A DNA stretch of 64,000 nt from a virus (lineage: Duplodnaviria > Caudoviricetes). Position numbers and translations under genes: made by a program. Location: the IMG/VR virus record IMGVR_UViG_3300032038_000001, positions 96,001-160,000 of that record. One strand, written 5' to 3'. The notes below the pieces were generated by a model that was not told the DNA's origin, searched no databases, and worked only from the letters and a program-made list of their open reading frames with translations. Below are positions 46,700-57,177 of the stretch, piece by piece (position 1 is the stretch's first letter; the number at the start of each line of letters is the position of its first letter).

Positions 46700-49600
46700 T
46701 TATTCGTTAACTATTTCCGTTTCAGGCTGATCGTTCTCTGTTTTACCTATAGTACAGAAGTAATGAAGATCAATCAGCTGACCTTTCGTGATAGTGAAGT
46801 AGTCATTTAACATACCACTATCACGGTCTACAATCATACGTTCGATAGGATTAAATTTCCTAAACATATAAACGAATGATTTATCCATAATACCGATAAT
46901 ATTCAGGATATCTCCATCAAAATCAGCATTAAGCCCGGGCAAGCAATCGGCATTCAGACCGTATTCTTTTTTAATTTATTGTTTATAAAATCTGAATGCT
47001 AATTAAATTGTATTTGAATTATTATATTGCTTTTAGTTAGTTTACTTGACTATATGTCTCTTTATAATAATTGAAAACTTTAATAAAATCTTCATTATTT
47101 TCTTTTCGTTCATTAAATTCATTGATAAATTCATTTAAAGTTAACTCTGGTATATTATCATCATATTTATCAATATAATTTTGATAAAATTTATATGCCA
47201 AATCATTTTCTATATTTGGTATTGAGAATATCCATGCAAGTATCGTATTAAGTCTCCAGTTTTCACTATCCACTTTATCCTGAAATTTATTAGTAAATAT
47301 AAGATTGGTATCAATAGCATGATGGATATTTTCATATATATCACACCATTCTAGATTTATAGCATAATTACATTCAGGATTACCATTTATATGATTAACA
47401 CAATTATATCTTTTCGGATTTTTATTTTTTACAAACATAAATGCAACTAATCTATGAATTGAAAACTCATCGAACCCATTATCGGTATTTAAAGATACCG
47501 ATAAATGACTTTGATTGCATCGATTGATATTGTGTGATTTATGAATGTTTGTATAGAAGCCCTTTGTGTTATTCCATATTCTACCAAAATTACTAATACG
47601 ATAGTCATCAATAAAATTAGTGCCTGGTATTTCTAGTTTCTTCCATTTTTCTTTACCTAAAATTGGAATATATAAAGTCGTCCACTCACGTTCTTGTTGG
47701 TGAACTTTGTTATTTACATCCCAATTATCTCCCCAATATAAGTTACTTTTATCACAATTAGTAGGGTTACCATCACGGAAAATAACTATATCTTTTCCTT
47801 CAGGTTTAGGTATAAAATGAAAAGCCACTAATCTACTCACAGAAGCATGCATTACATCAGATGAACTTTTATCGTAGTATAAGTTATATCTTAAGTAATC
47901 CTTATTTCTAGGGTCTTTAAATGGTTTAATGAACGAATCGGTATTACTATTGTAAAGTCTACCATCTTCACAAATATAATACTCGTAGTATAACTTTGTA
48001 CCTATATCCACTTTCTCCCATTCTTTGGTTTCATGATGGATATTAATTAAAGCTGTTATTCCTTTATCAATAGAAAGGTTGGATAGTTTACAGTTGTAAA
48101 TATTCCCATCAATATGATGGATATACATACCGGTTTTATAATCTGGGAAAAACATTAACACCATTAATTCATCATGATAAAAGAATTTTCGTTTGATTTT
48201 GCCATTATCAGCTATTATATTGAAAAAGATTGCAGGGCATTCATTCGGTCTTCTTTTATCATTATATGGATTTATATGATTTCCTGTAGATTTATTATAA
48301 ACCGTACCATCTTCATATATTTCATATTCATAAAGAAAATCTATATCTGGTAGTTTAATTATTTTATGCTTAATTTGATTTTCCCTCCTTAAGTTATTAT
48401 TAGCAATATAATAAATTCAAATACAATATTCTAGACTATATCTTCAATGTATATTCTTTAATAACAAATATACATAGCTGTCCGTTTCGTTTTAATAGAT
48501 TTACTTATAGCTAATCTCACTATAATACTAACCCTTAATAGGCACTACTCTACTCACTTCTTCACCCAAGTATTTCTCTTAAGCTATGCTTTCGATAGTC
48601 GTTGAACTCATATCTCCTTTATAAATTCTTTATAAAGGGATACTTTGCTGCGTCGATTGATTCAAATAAATACCTTTTTACTATACCTTTGGAGTTACCC
48701 ATTGCCATTATCATTATTACTAAGATAATTTAGTAGTATCTATTTATAGAATTCGTCCCCGCAATTAGAACAGTTTAATGTCGACCTCGCCCGTATGGTC
48801 AATCGACAGTGGAACTGATAAACAGTAATCATTCTTATCATGTTTTATCTTTCTTATTTTCATAAGCAACATGCTATAAAAATTCCATTAACTATATAAT
48901 TCCCATTATATAACTGACTATATCATCATCTTTATATACTATTAACATATATAAAGAGCTCCCCATTTCGCTTTAATAGATTTACTTATAGCTAATCTCA
49001 CTATAATACTAACCTTGTTACAGGCGCTACTCTACTCACTTCTTTTACCAATGTATTTCTACATAGGCTATGCTTTCGATAGTCGATGAACGTTCTTATA
49101 CTAAATGATTACTTATTTCATAAATAGGGATTTCACCTATTGAAAGTGTTTTCCATATTTCGTTATCCTCATTCAATTCTATTAACTGATAATATTGCTT
49201 TAAAAATTTGGATAAAGGTTTGCGTTTTTTAGGCATATTTTTTTTCACCTCTTTTATTTTTTTAATCATTTAGTATATGCTTCGCTGCGGATTGTCTCTA
49301 TTCTCAATCTTTTTACTATACCTAAGGAGTTACCCTTCGCCCTCAAAAATATTTTGAGTTAGTAATTGAGACTTAACGAGATATCCCCGCAATTAAAGGA
49401 GTTTAACGACCTCAAATTTTTTTAGCAGCTCTAAGGTCGGATTTCTGTTTATCAGAAGTTGAGCATCGTTATGCTCTACCATAAACATCATGATATCATA
49501 AACTTTTTCATCAAACTTAAAAGCATTCTGCCATATCATTGCAGCTTTGCCCATTGAGATACCATCGAGTTTCATGAGATAATAAATTATTTTGGACTTA

Positions 49601-50562
49601 AAGAGTTCCAGTGCGGTATGATAAGATAAATCAACCATATTATCTTTAAGTCCTGGTTCAGGAATTATTACATTACGGGCAGTATAGTTTAAACTACCTC
49701 CAAGTAACTGTCCACGAATAAAACCCTCTTTACCATTAAGCTGGTTGAAAGTTATATCCCACATTGCATTCACTTTATTCTGCATACGCTGTAAAATGAA
49801 ATCTCTTTCAACATCTATACACTCTTTAAGACTTTCGGAAAGAGTGAAAAGTGTATTGATGATTTTATCGATAGTACCATAATAGAATGTATCAGATGTA
49901 ACGCTCTGCGGTCTGAGAAAAGTTGAATATACTGGAATGTGTGAAGTAAAGACCTTAGCCTTTTCATCAATAAGTCTATCAATCGTGGAGATTTTATTCT
50001 TCTTTTTACTTTTAAAGTAAATGAGGATATTCTCATAGTTTTTGAAGAACTCATCAACACCAATTCCAGCATATGGTGATGATGCAGGTGATTCTGCATC
50101 ATTGTTATTAGGTTTCTCTCGTTTACCGTCTTTAGTTATTCTGTATTTTGCAAATACAATATCTGGGAAAACGTTTTTACCTAATGTCTGAGAAAGCAGA
50201 TTGAAATAATATGGATTGATTATTCTGTTCGGCGCTAAATCAATCCATCCTGTTACATTGATATCAGAATCCTTGAATTCTACCTTTGTATGACAGATAG
50301 GGCATTCTTCTCCATCAAACTGCCTGCCCTGAAATTCTCCACACTTACATCTATATCTTTCGATGAATGCATGCTCATCTGAATAAGATGTTCCGTATAG
50401 AGGAGACTGTGCACCATAAAGTGCTTTCTCCTTAGTTTCATCAATAGCTACTTCAGCAGGTTCAGTGATAGTGAAACCATTTCCATAAATAATATCATAG
50501 AAATATTCACTATCCCAGTTCATCCTGCTAAGTCTAACAGCTTGCTTGTGTTTTTTACTCAC
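46700..50562 (-). CDS. non-virion RNA polymerase beta' N-terminal subunit, spliced: join(50562-49433, 48885-48802, 46943-46700), 485 aa
   Basis: zinc ribbon YRCKCG...CPICH; the spliced junctions read NRNPTL-NFYSMLLMKIRKIKHDKNDYCLSVPLS-ILPGLNADFDGD; total 1458 nt stays in frame; early-type promoter at 50615. Confidence 0.9.
46944..48801 (-). mobile_element. group I intron 2 with homing endonuclease
   Basis: P1 ugucgaU / Gucgaca with U.G at the 5' splice site; P10 cgggcgag / cuugcccg; core aauugcggg, gcagc, caacgacua, aagauauagucuag; terminal G. Confidence 0.9.
47037..48374 (-). CDS. intron-encoded homing endonuclease with three NUMOD4/HNH modules; probable ATT start
   Basis: HHIDGNIYNC, FRDGNPTNC, VNHINGNPECNY; frame open 70 codons upstream of ATG 48164 to an ATT 8 nt after AAGGAGGG. 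Confidence 0.8.
   Translation of the reverse strand: MKHKIIKLPDIDFLYEYEIYEDGTVYNKSTGNHINPYNDKRRPNECPAIFFNIIADNGKIKRKFFYHDELMVLMFFPDYKTGMYIHHIDGNIYNCKLSNLSIDKGITALINIHHETKEWEKVDIGTKLYYEYYICEDGRLYNSNTDSFIKPFKDPRNKDYLRYNLYYDKSSSDVMHASVSRLVAFHFIPKPEGKDIVIFRDGNPTNCDKSNLYWGDNWDVNNKVHQQEREWTTLYIPILGKEKWKKLEIPGTNFIDDYRISNFGRIWNNTKGFYTNIHKSHNINRCNQSHLSVSLNTDNGFDEFSIHRLVAFMFVKNKNPKRYNCVNHINGNPECNYAINLEWCDIYENIHHAIDTNLIFTNKFQDKVDSENWRLNTILAWIFSIPNIENDLAYKFYQNYIDKYDDNIPELTLNEFINEFNERKENNEDFIKVFNYYKETYSQVN
48886..49432 (-). mobile_element. group I intron 1 (contains endonuclease remnant)
   Basis: P1 cgaccuU / Gaggucg; P10 aaaaauuu / gaauuuuu; core aauugcggg, aauccgcagc, caucgacua, gauauagucag; terminal G. 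Confidence 0.9.
49096..49236 (-). pseudogene. truncated NUMOD4 homing-endonuclease remnant (46 aa)
   Basis: RBS gaggtg; MPKKRK...EIWKTLSIGEIPIYEISN then stop. Confidence 0.65.
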
Positions 50563-50630
50563 AATATATCGTCCTTTCCTATTTTATATGTGATAGAAAT
50601 ATAATCACAAAAATATAATATATAACGTAA

Positions 50631-51092
50631 TTAAAAATTGTAAGTTGTCAAGTTTTTTAAAGTATTTTCTAACTCAATAAATACTTCATTTAAGTAATAA
50701 TTGCTATGATATTTATCTCTAAATTCTTTTATCTTATTATATATCTCTACATACATATTGGACTCATCATTATATCCTAATAGCTGATTTGCTACGTTCC
50801 TAAAAAATATAGAATCGTTAACCTTATCATTAGAATATCTTAACGTACAACGAAGACTATATATTGCGGAAATTATCGTGATTACTGTATAAGTATATTT
50901 AACAATATACTCTCTAGGATATTCATCAGTATCAAGATAATCTCTTTTAATATTATCGGGGAGATAGTGAATACATATCTCCCCGATTTCTTCTATTAAC
51001 TTTTCCAGATTGTCCTCTGAGATTTGTCCTCGTCTCCTATTGATGGTTTGCATGTAGAGAGTAAAGATATTTCCTTCTCTCTTACTATCCAT
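50631..51092 (-). CDS. hypothetical protein
   Basis: ORF track, RBS ggagaggg. Confidence 0.65.
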   Translation of the reverse strand: MDSKREGNIFTLYMQTINRRRGQISEDNLEKLIEEIGEICIHYLPDNIKRDYLDTDEYPREYIVKYTYTVITIISAIYSLRCTLRYSNDKVNDSIFFRNVANQLLGYNDESNMYVEIYNKIKEFRDKYHSNYYLNEVFIELENTLKNLTTYNF

Positions 51093-51098
51093 CTCTTT

Positions 51099-52085
51099 TT
51101 ATCCCTCTCCTCCACATATGCCATATAACGAAGAAAGAATAGCTTTTTGCTGATATCTATCATGACAAGCTCGTATATCTTCAAGCATTTTTCTCGTAGA
51201 TGTTTTAGTCATCTGATGTTCGCTGTATTTTCTTAATATTATAACAGATGCTTTAACTGCATCACGTAATATATCAGAAACATATCTATCATTAAGATGC
51301 TCTAATATATATCTCAAGAACCAGATATTATATGAGCAGCAAGGCATGTCAAAATACATCTCAGTCTCATTGATTTCGTTATTATCAATGATTGATAACC
51401 AGTCATCAATTAAGTAGTCGATAATTGTATCAGTATTCATCGATGTATTGAACGATAATTTTATTATCTCGTTCCATGTTGAGTCGAGATACTCGTCGAT
51501 TTTTTCTAATCTACGAGCAAGTTCATTTCTTATCGTATAAATACTTATGCGAAGAAATTTATTTAATTGGTTCAATACAATATCATTGTATACTGTATCA
51601 AAGTATTCCCTTTCACGGGGATTTAAGTAGGTATCTCTAAAATTCGAGATACTTTCAGAGACATGTGCCTTTCTGCATACTTCATCAATTTTACATATAA
51701 TTGACGAAATATCATTCCGATATTGCTGATTCATTTTAATCATTGCTTCCGTAGCATATGGTTTTTTCATCGATTTTATCAGTTTCACAATCTCGTTACG
51801 TATTTCAACGTAAATAGTATCGATAACTTCCGAAGAATATGAAACATTATTATTATCTTCATTATTAAAGAGAGCATTGATGAAACTCTCTATGCTGTCA
51901 GCAGTATCTGATTCTCCTGAAATGTGAATCAAATTTAGAATTATTGACTCATCCGTTGTGTTTGATGCTTTCTTCGGACGAGACTCAATTTTCATATTGA
52001 GTTTTTGCAGAGCTTCGATCAATGCTGTAAAAAGCATTCCATTATTATTAATTCCATTATTATTATTTGAATTTTCTTTCGACAT
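51099..52085 (-). CDS. hypothetical protein ending in a PolB-motif-B-like peptide
   Basis: C-terminal QQKAILSSLYG. Confidence 0.7.
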   Translation of the reverse strand: MSKENSNNNNGINNNGMLFTALIEALQKLNMKIESRPKKASNTTDESIILNLIHISGESDTADSIESFINALFNNEDNNNVSYSSEVIDTIYVEIRNEIVKLIKSMKKPYATEAMIKMNQQYRNDISSIICKIDEVCRKAHVSESISNFRDTYLNPREREYFDTVYNDIVLNQLNKFLRISIYTIRNELARRLEKIDEYLDSTWNEIIKLSFNTSMNTDTIIDYLIDDWLSIIDNNEINETEMYFDMPCCSYNIWFLRYILEHLNDRYVSDILRDAVKASVIILRKYSEHQMTKTSTRKMLEDIRACHDRYQQKAILSSLYGICGGEG

Positions 52086-52182
52086 TTTTAACCATTCCTT
52101 TCATTTTTATTTCATTAAACTTGTTCGTAAAACAAGTTTAATGAAATGTATTTTTATTTATAAAAATACATATGTAATGATA

Positions 52183-52668
52183 TTATCTGCAACCAACCGC
52201 AAAGATATCATCACAAAATGTTTCATCCTCATATTCGTCAATGTTTTTCATAATCTTACGATTATAGTATTTATCATTACTATATGATGGATTAGTACAA
52301 ACCATTACAAAACCATCTCGTGAATAAATATCTGAAATCAGTTCACGGTTTGACTCTAGCACAGTTCGTGATATTCGTCCTTTTATGACGACTTTTAAGT
52401 TTGTGTTAGCAAAGCATCTTCTACCAGCATGAACTATAAGTTCACACTCGGTCGGTAATATTATTTTTGTGAGCTTTTCGCAACCGAAAAATGCTCGTTT
52501 TCCTATTACCAGCTTTTTAGTCTCGATTCTTGATAAATCGAGTTCTTTGATATAGTCTCGTCCGAAGAAAGCCATATCACCGATCTCGGTTGTCGTCAAT
52601 GGAAACCTCAAAACACCGTGGTTATCCATCATTTCAGGGTCGTACTTTTTGATAATCATTTTAATCAC
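52183..52668 (-). CDS. BspA-type LRR protein (short)
   Basis: EIGDMAFFG, IGKRAFFGCEKLTKIILP; early-type promoter at 52719. Confidence 0.75.
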   Translation of the reverse strand: MIKMIIKKYDPEMMDNHGVLRFPLTTTEIGDMAFFGRDYIKELDLSRIETKKLVIGKRAFFGCEKLTKIILPTECELIVHAGRRCFANTNLKVVIKGRISRTVLESNRELISDIYSRDGFVMVCTNPSYSNDKYYNRKIMKNIDEYEDETFCDDIFAVGCR

Positions 52669-52782
52669 TCTCTTTTCATATTAAATTTTGACATTCGTCA
52701 ATAATGATTACCAATAAAATAATATATAAATAATTATAAAAAAGCTAAGTGAAAGATATATCTTTCACTTAGCTTTTTAAAT

Positions 52783-54528
52783 TTAATAATTAGAGCATTT
52801 ATCAAAATCAAAAGGCTCGAAGTCATCATCGTAATTACTTACATACTGTTTTTTCTTTTTATTATTTTTTTCAGGTTCTTTTGTTTCTCTATTGATAGCA
52901 TTAGTACGTCCTCTCTTATCATCGACCGCTTCAAACTGGGTACTGAGAGATTCAAGTGACAATGCTTTAGGTTTATCAATATCATCTATAAGTCGTATTT
53001 CATTTCCTGGTTCAAACGGATGATTAAAATATTCAAGTCTTCTCAGTTTTTCATTCTCCTCAGAAGACCTATATCGACGTTTGAGTAACTTAAATGTTAA
53101 ATATAATTCGTTAGTATCAGATTTAACTTCAGGATTTACTATAATAACAACATCGCTGTTTTCTATAATCTCCCACGAACCAGCTATTGCATCTCGTCCA
53201 ACAAGTCTTGTAACATCTTCTTTTTTAGCTTGTAATGCTGCATCAACTACTGATGCACCGACTCTGTTAAGCTGTTGAGCAGATATTACTACTATATCAA
53301 AAAACTTTGCAAGTTCCTTTAATTCATTTGTAATATTTTTAAGTTCCGTCTTTTCATCTGATGCTCTTTCAGCTGGTCTTATACGTTTCATATAGTCAAG
53401 AACTAATGCTATAACTTCAACACCCTCATCAGACAAATCGTTTATAATTGTATACAAATCATTTGTATCGAGTTCTCGATTCTTAAATTCTTTGATGATA
53501 ATATCTATATTATCATCATCAGATAATCTAAGACCACCTTTATCACGCATTTTCTTCTTTATTTGTTTAGCTGAATAATTTCTAATATCATCGCTATCAA
53601 CACACATGTTGTATATACGTTCAATAGTCTCTGGTATATCATTCTCAAGCGTTAAGAAAAGAACAGCCGGTCTCTTATCAGGGTCTTTTGTTTTAATTCC
53701 CTTATTATATTTACGAATATCCATTGCTGACTTAAGAAGAATGGTAGATTTACCTTTACCTGGAAAAGCAAGATATGTATACAATCTTTTACTCAAGTAT
53801 CCTGGTGCAAGAATAGTATTCCACCGTTTTATTCCAGTTACAAATATTCTATTTCTATCCTTAAGTTTTTGAACAGCATCATCAATGACTGCTTCGAATT
53901 GTTCATCTGCAAGAGAGAATGTCTGATCTGAACCAAGACTCGAATTACCTCTCTTTATATTTATTACAGCAGTTGCAATGTTATATAAATCTTCACTTAC
54001 TGCTTTATATGATTTAAAATCCCCTTCATCAATAGAATTGAGAATTTGTTTCATAACATCTTTTACTGTAATAGTATATCCAAACTCTAATGTATCATCA
54101 ATCTTTTTTATCAGGTATTTTGATTCATCATGAGATATTTTTTTAGTTGCTAAAGTTGTATTTAATATCTCTGATTTATATGAATCACACTCTATATCAT
54201 CAAGACAATACTGCTTCAAGTTATCATTGTCTTCAAAACCATCAACTAACTTACCATAAAGAGTCTTTCTTACTATCCATATTCTTGCCTCTAATGCTGG
54301 TTCATTTTCATAAACAGACATATCTAAGTTATTAAATAACTTATAAATATTTGTCAGTGTTTTTCGTGTTCGTAAAACACTATCTTTATATATAAACGAT
54401 ATTACCATATTAAGAGTTGTAATATCAAATTTAATTTTTAAAGGTTTTAGCTTAATATCCTTTACTGAAAGATATTTTTTCATTGTTGGTTTTTCAAATT
54501 CCATAATTTCAAATAACTCTCCTTTCAA
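52783..54528 (-). CDS. DnaB-like replicative helicase
   Basis: AFPGKGKS, FLTLEN, LVLDYM, SAQQLNR, EIIENSD. Confidence 0.9.
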   Translation of the reverse strand: MKGELFEIMEFEKPTMKKYLSVKDIKLKPLKIKFDITTLNMVISFIYKDSVLRTRKTLTNIYKLFNNLDMSVYENEPALEARIWIVRKTLYGKLVDGFEDNDNLKQYCLDDIECDSYKSEILNTTLATKKISHDESKYLIKKIDDTLEFGYTITVKDVMKQILNSIDEGDFKSYKAVSEDLYNIATAVINIKRGNSSLGSDQTFSLADEQFEAVIDDAVQKLKDRNRIFVTGIKRWNTILAPGYLSKRLYTYLAFPGKGKSTILLKSAMDIRKYNKGIKTKDPDKRPAVLFLTLENDIPETIERIYNMCVDSDDIRNYSAKQIKKKMRDKGGLRLSDDDNIDIIIKEFKNRELDTNDLYTIINDLSDEGVEVIALVLDYMKRIRPAERASDEKTELKNITNELKELAKFFDIVVISAQQLNRVGASVVDAALQAKKEDVTRLVGRDAIAGSWEIIENSDVVIIVNPEVKSDTNELYLTFKLLKRRYRSSEENEKLRRLEYFNHPFEPGNEIRLIDDIDKPKALSLESLSTQFEAVDDKRGRTNAINRETKEPEKNNKKKKQYVSNYDDDFEPFDFDKCSNY

Positions 54529-54609
54529 GAAAGTTTAATTTTTTGTTAGACCAACAATAAAAAGAAGTTACGCTAGAAAATCCAGCGTAACTTCATTATT
54601 AGTTATTTT

Positions 54610-55077
54610 TTATGTTGTTTTAGGAACCTTTACAACATATGTATTTATTTCCCATTCATCATTAGGATCATATGCTGCAAGATCACCAATTTTAATCATT
54701 GATACAGGATCAAAATTTTCTTCACCATTTGCAACGATTTTTCTTGCGCCTAAATTTTTAATTAAATCATCAGGAAGTGATGAATATTTATTATATTTAT
54801 AATCGACATCATCTTTTTTAGGTTTATTAATTTCAGCAAGGAAGTAAAAACCCGGTTCTGCTTCTGATGGTTCCATTGTTGATAAAATTACTTGTCCACT
54901 ATTGTTAAGACGAGATGTGTTATTATCAACATTCGTTTGTAAACTGTCAAGATATTCATGTAACGTTTGTTCATCATCATAAACGACAGCATCAACATCT
55001 GTAACTACAGCTATATCTATTCGATTACCTTGATCATCTGCAGGTGTTTGCATCCTGCCACGCATTTTTTGTGCCAT
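54610..55077 (-). CDS. probable tail/structural protein
   Basis: end of a late operon; VTDVDAVVYDD..TL..YL. Confidence 0.6.
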   Translation of the reverse strand: MAQKMRGRMQTPADDQGNRIDIAVVTDVDAVVYDDEQTLHEYLDSLQTNVDNNTSRLNNSGQVILSTMEPSEAEPGFYFLAEINKPKKDDVDYKYNKYSSLPDDLIKNLGARKIVANGEENFDPVSMIKIGDLAAYDPNDEWEINTYVVKVPKTT

Positions 55078-55093
55078 ATTTTATTTCACCTCT

Positions 55094-55336
55094 TTATACT
55101 ATTCTTCCACACAGATTGCGAATTTCCTCTTCATTTAAAACGACAGTATCAGTTTCTAATAAATGAAATGGAGCACCATACGTAGTTATATCTTCCTGCA
55201 CAACCGATGGTGCATTTAATATAGCACCGTAACGTGTTATTGGCATAAGAACACGTTCAGTTCTATCTGAGTCATGCCCATGCATTAAAATATCAGTAAC
55301 CTTATCCGGTATATATCTTATTCGTTTATTAGCCAT
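55094..55336 (-). CDS. probable structural protein
   Basis: RBS ggaggg; in operon. Confidence 0.6.
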   Translation of the reverse strand: MANKRIRYIPDKVTDILMHGHDSDRTERVLMPITRYGAILNAPSVVQEDITTYGAPFHLLETDTVVLNEEEIRNLCGRIV

Positions 55337-55356
55337 TTTTTATCCCTCCAATAAAA

Positions 55357-55830
55357 TCAATTGCCTGAAGGATCTTCTTCAACAATTTCAGCTGTAACAA
55401 CTGCACCCTCTTTGATATCATATACTCTAAGAGATGCATCGGATGTCATTATAGAATCATAGATAACTCCAGCTTCATCCATATACAATGTAGCTTCATT
55501 TATTAATGTTAACTGTTTTGTTTCTCCACTATCATGAGGATAATCAATACCATTAAAATAAATTGCAACGATTTTTCCATCTTCGATTATTCGATAAATG
55601 GTTCCAGGTATCCATTCTATAAGTGCATCATACTCTTCTTGAGTCATATCAATGAACGGTAAAACTGTTACAGTATAATATTGCTTGATTTTTATTATCC
55701 ATAATAAATCAAGTCTTCCCATAGATAATGGGTATTTACATGTACGTTTTGAAGAATAATCAGGTACTATTAGATAGTCATTTAATCTATCTTCTTCCAT
55801 AGTTAAGTTGTTAATTTCAAGTACAGTCAT
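55357..55830 (-). CDS. probable tail protein
   Basis: MTQEEYDAL...GTIYRI motif typical of phage tail/adhesin linkers. Confidence 0.6.
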   Translation of the reverse strand: MTVLEINNLTMEEDRLNDYLIVPDYSSKRTCKYPLSMGRLDLLWIIKIKQYYTVTVLPFIDMTQEEYDALIEWIPGTIYRIIEDGKIVAIYFNGIDYPHDSGETKQLTLINEATLYMDEAGVIYDSIMTSDASLRVYDIKEGAVVTAEIVEEDPSGN

Positions 55831-55833
55831 ATT

Positions 55834-57177
55834 TTATTCACCTCCATCATTAGTGTTAGTTTCACTAGACGGATTCTGTTCAGTATCATCGGGGTCTTCT
55901 GATGTATCATCTGGTACATCTATAATTTCACCCTCTTCAAGATAGATATCTTTCTTGACTGTAATATCAGTATTAATATCAACATAACCAAAGTTATTTT
56001 TAGAAATAATCATCTCAAGTTCCTTAAGGTCAGATTCTGAATTATGATTAACAACTTCTCCTTTTAGACCAATGGTTCTAACCATTTCAGCCCAAACTGC
56101 ATTAGCTCCCCATTCTTCATCGTTTGGTCTAGCTGACGATTGAATAAATTCGGAAGCTCTCTTGAGTTTTGCCATTTTTGTCATATACCGTCTAATATAT
56201 GGTATATCTAAAAACCCGACAGTAACTTCATTACCTAAAAGTCTTAAATCTTTATAAGTATCAACGAAACTAACGATATTTGCCCATTGACAATATACTT
56301 TGCCATCTGGACAAAGATATTCACTTACAGATTCAAGAACTGTAGTGTCATCGTCAAGACCGGTAATATCCGAAGACAATGTTTGTACAAAATGCATTTT
56401 ATAATAATCAAGTTTAGTTATTATAACTTTAGCAGAATCGTATCCGTATGGGTATCTTTCAGTAATATTCTTTGGGAATAAAACACAGCATCCCTCATTA
56501 AATCTGATATAATCAGTTGCATCGTATGTTGTAGTAGAACCATCGAGTGTAATCGAAATTTTATAACTAAGTATTATATCAGAATCTTTCCATTTTTCAA
56601 TAGTTTGAAATTTTCTTTGTTCAGCTTTAATGGCTGGGTCGCTACCATCATAATTACATATATATTCATCATATAAATTAGAAAGTATGCGAACGATAGT
56701 TTTATCAGCATCTCGTGTTGTGGGCGTTATAAAGAATCCGTTACATTCGCCTGAAATATTGAATGATAACGTATTCCTTAAGTCTACTCCACTTGCACCT
56801 TCTGATGCTATTTCAGTATTATTTGATACTAGTATATCATTTGGTACGTCCTTATTTATAGTCACGAGGTCATAATTAGTTGAAACATAGTACGCATTAT
56901 TATTTTTTCCAGGATATGTAAAATCCTCATTGTTTGTTAAAAGGATTCGTAATTCCAATACCTGGTCGTAAGCATATTTCTTATTTTGTTCAAAACTAAG
57001 TACACGACCATCAACAGGTCTCTTTATAAAAAGTTCACCTGTCATCTTATCCATGAGAGCTTCGCCCTCTACTGAATAATCACGATATTCATGACTAAGA
57101 AACGTCGTTGCAAATCGTATATCCGGCTTTGAGACATATGTTGGTCTATCGGCATGATCGATTAATCTTACCGGCAT
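55834..57177 (-). CDS. probable tail/baseplate protein
   Basis: 447 aa, coupled to the upstream 1057-aa gene. Confidence 0.65.
   Translation of the reverse strand: MPVRLIDHADRPTYVSKPDIRFATTFLSHEYRDYSVEGEALMDKMTGELFIKRPVDGRVLSFEQNKKYAYDQVLELRILLTNNEDFTYPGKNNNAYYVSTNYDLVTINKDVPNDILVSNNTEIASEGASGVDLRNTLSFNISGECNGFFITPTTRDADKTIVRILSNLYDEYICNYDGSDPAIKAEQRKFQTIEKWKDSDIILSYKISITLDGSTTTYDATDYIRFNEGCCVLFPKNITERYPYGYDSAKVIITKLDYYKMHFVQTLSSDITGLDDDTTVLESVSEYLCPDGKVYCQWANIVSFVDTYKDLRLLGNEVTVGFLDIPYIRRYMTKMAKLKRASEFIQSSARPNDEEWGANAVWAEMVRTIGLKGEVVNHNSESDLKELEMIISKNNFGYVDINTDITVKKDIYLEEGEIIDVPDDTSEDPDDTEQNPSSETNTNDGGE

Noticed and set aside
49393-49432. C-terminal ELLKKFEVVKLL of the 389-aa ORF and the separate 80-aa ORF at 46700-46942
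   Set aside because: These are read-through into intron 1 and exon 3 of the spliced RNAP gene
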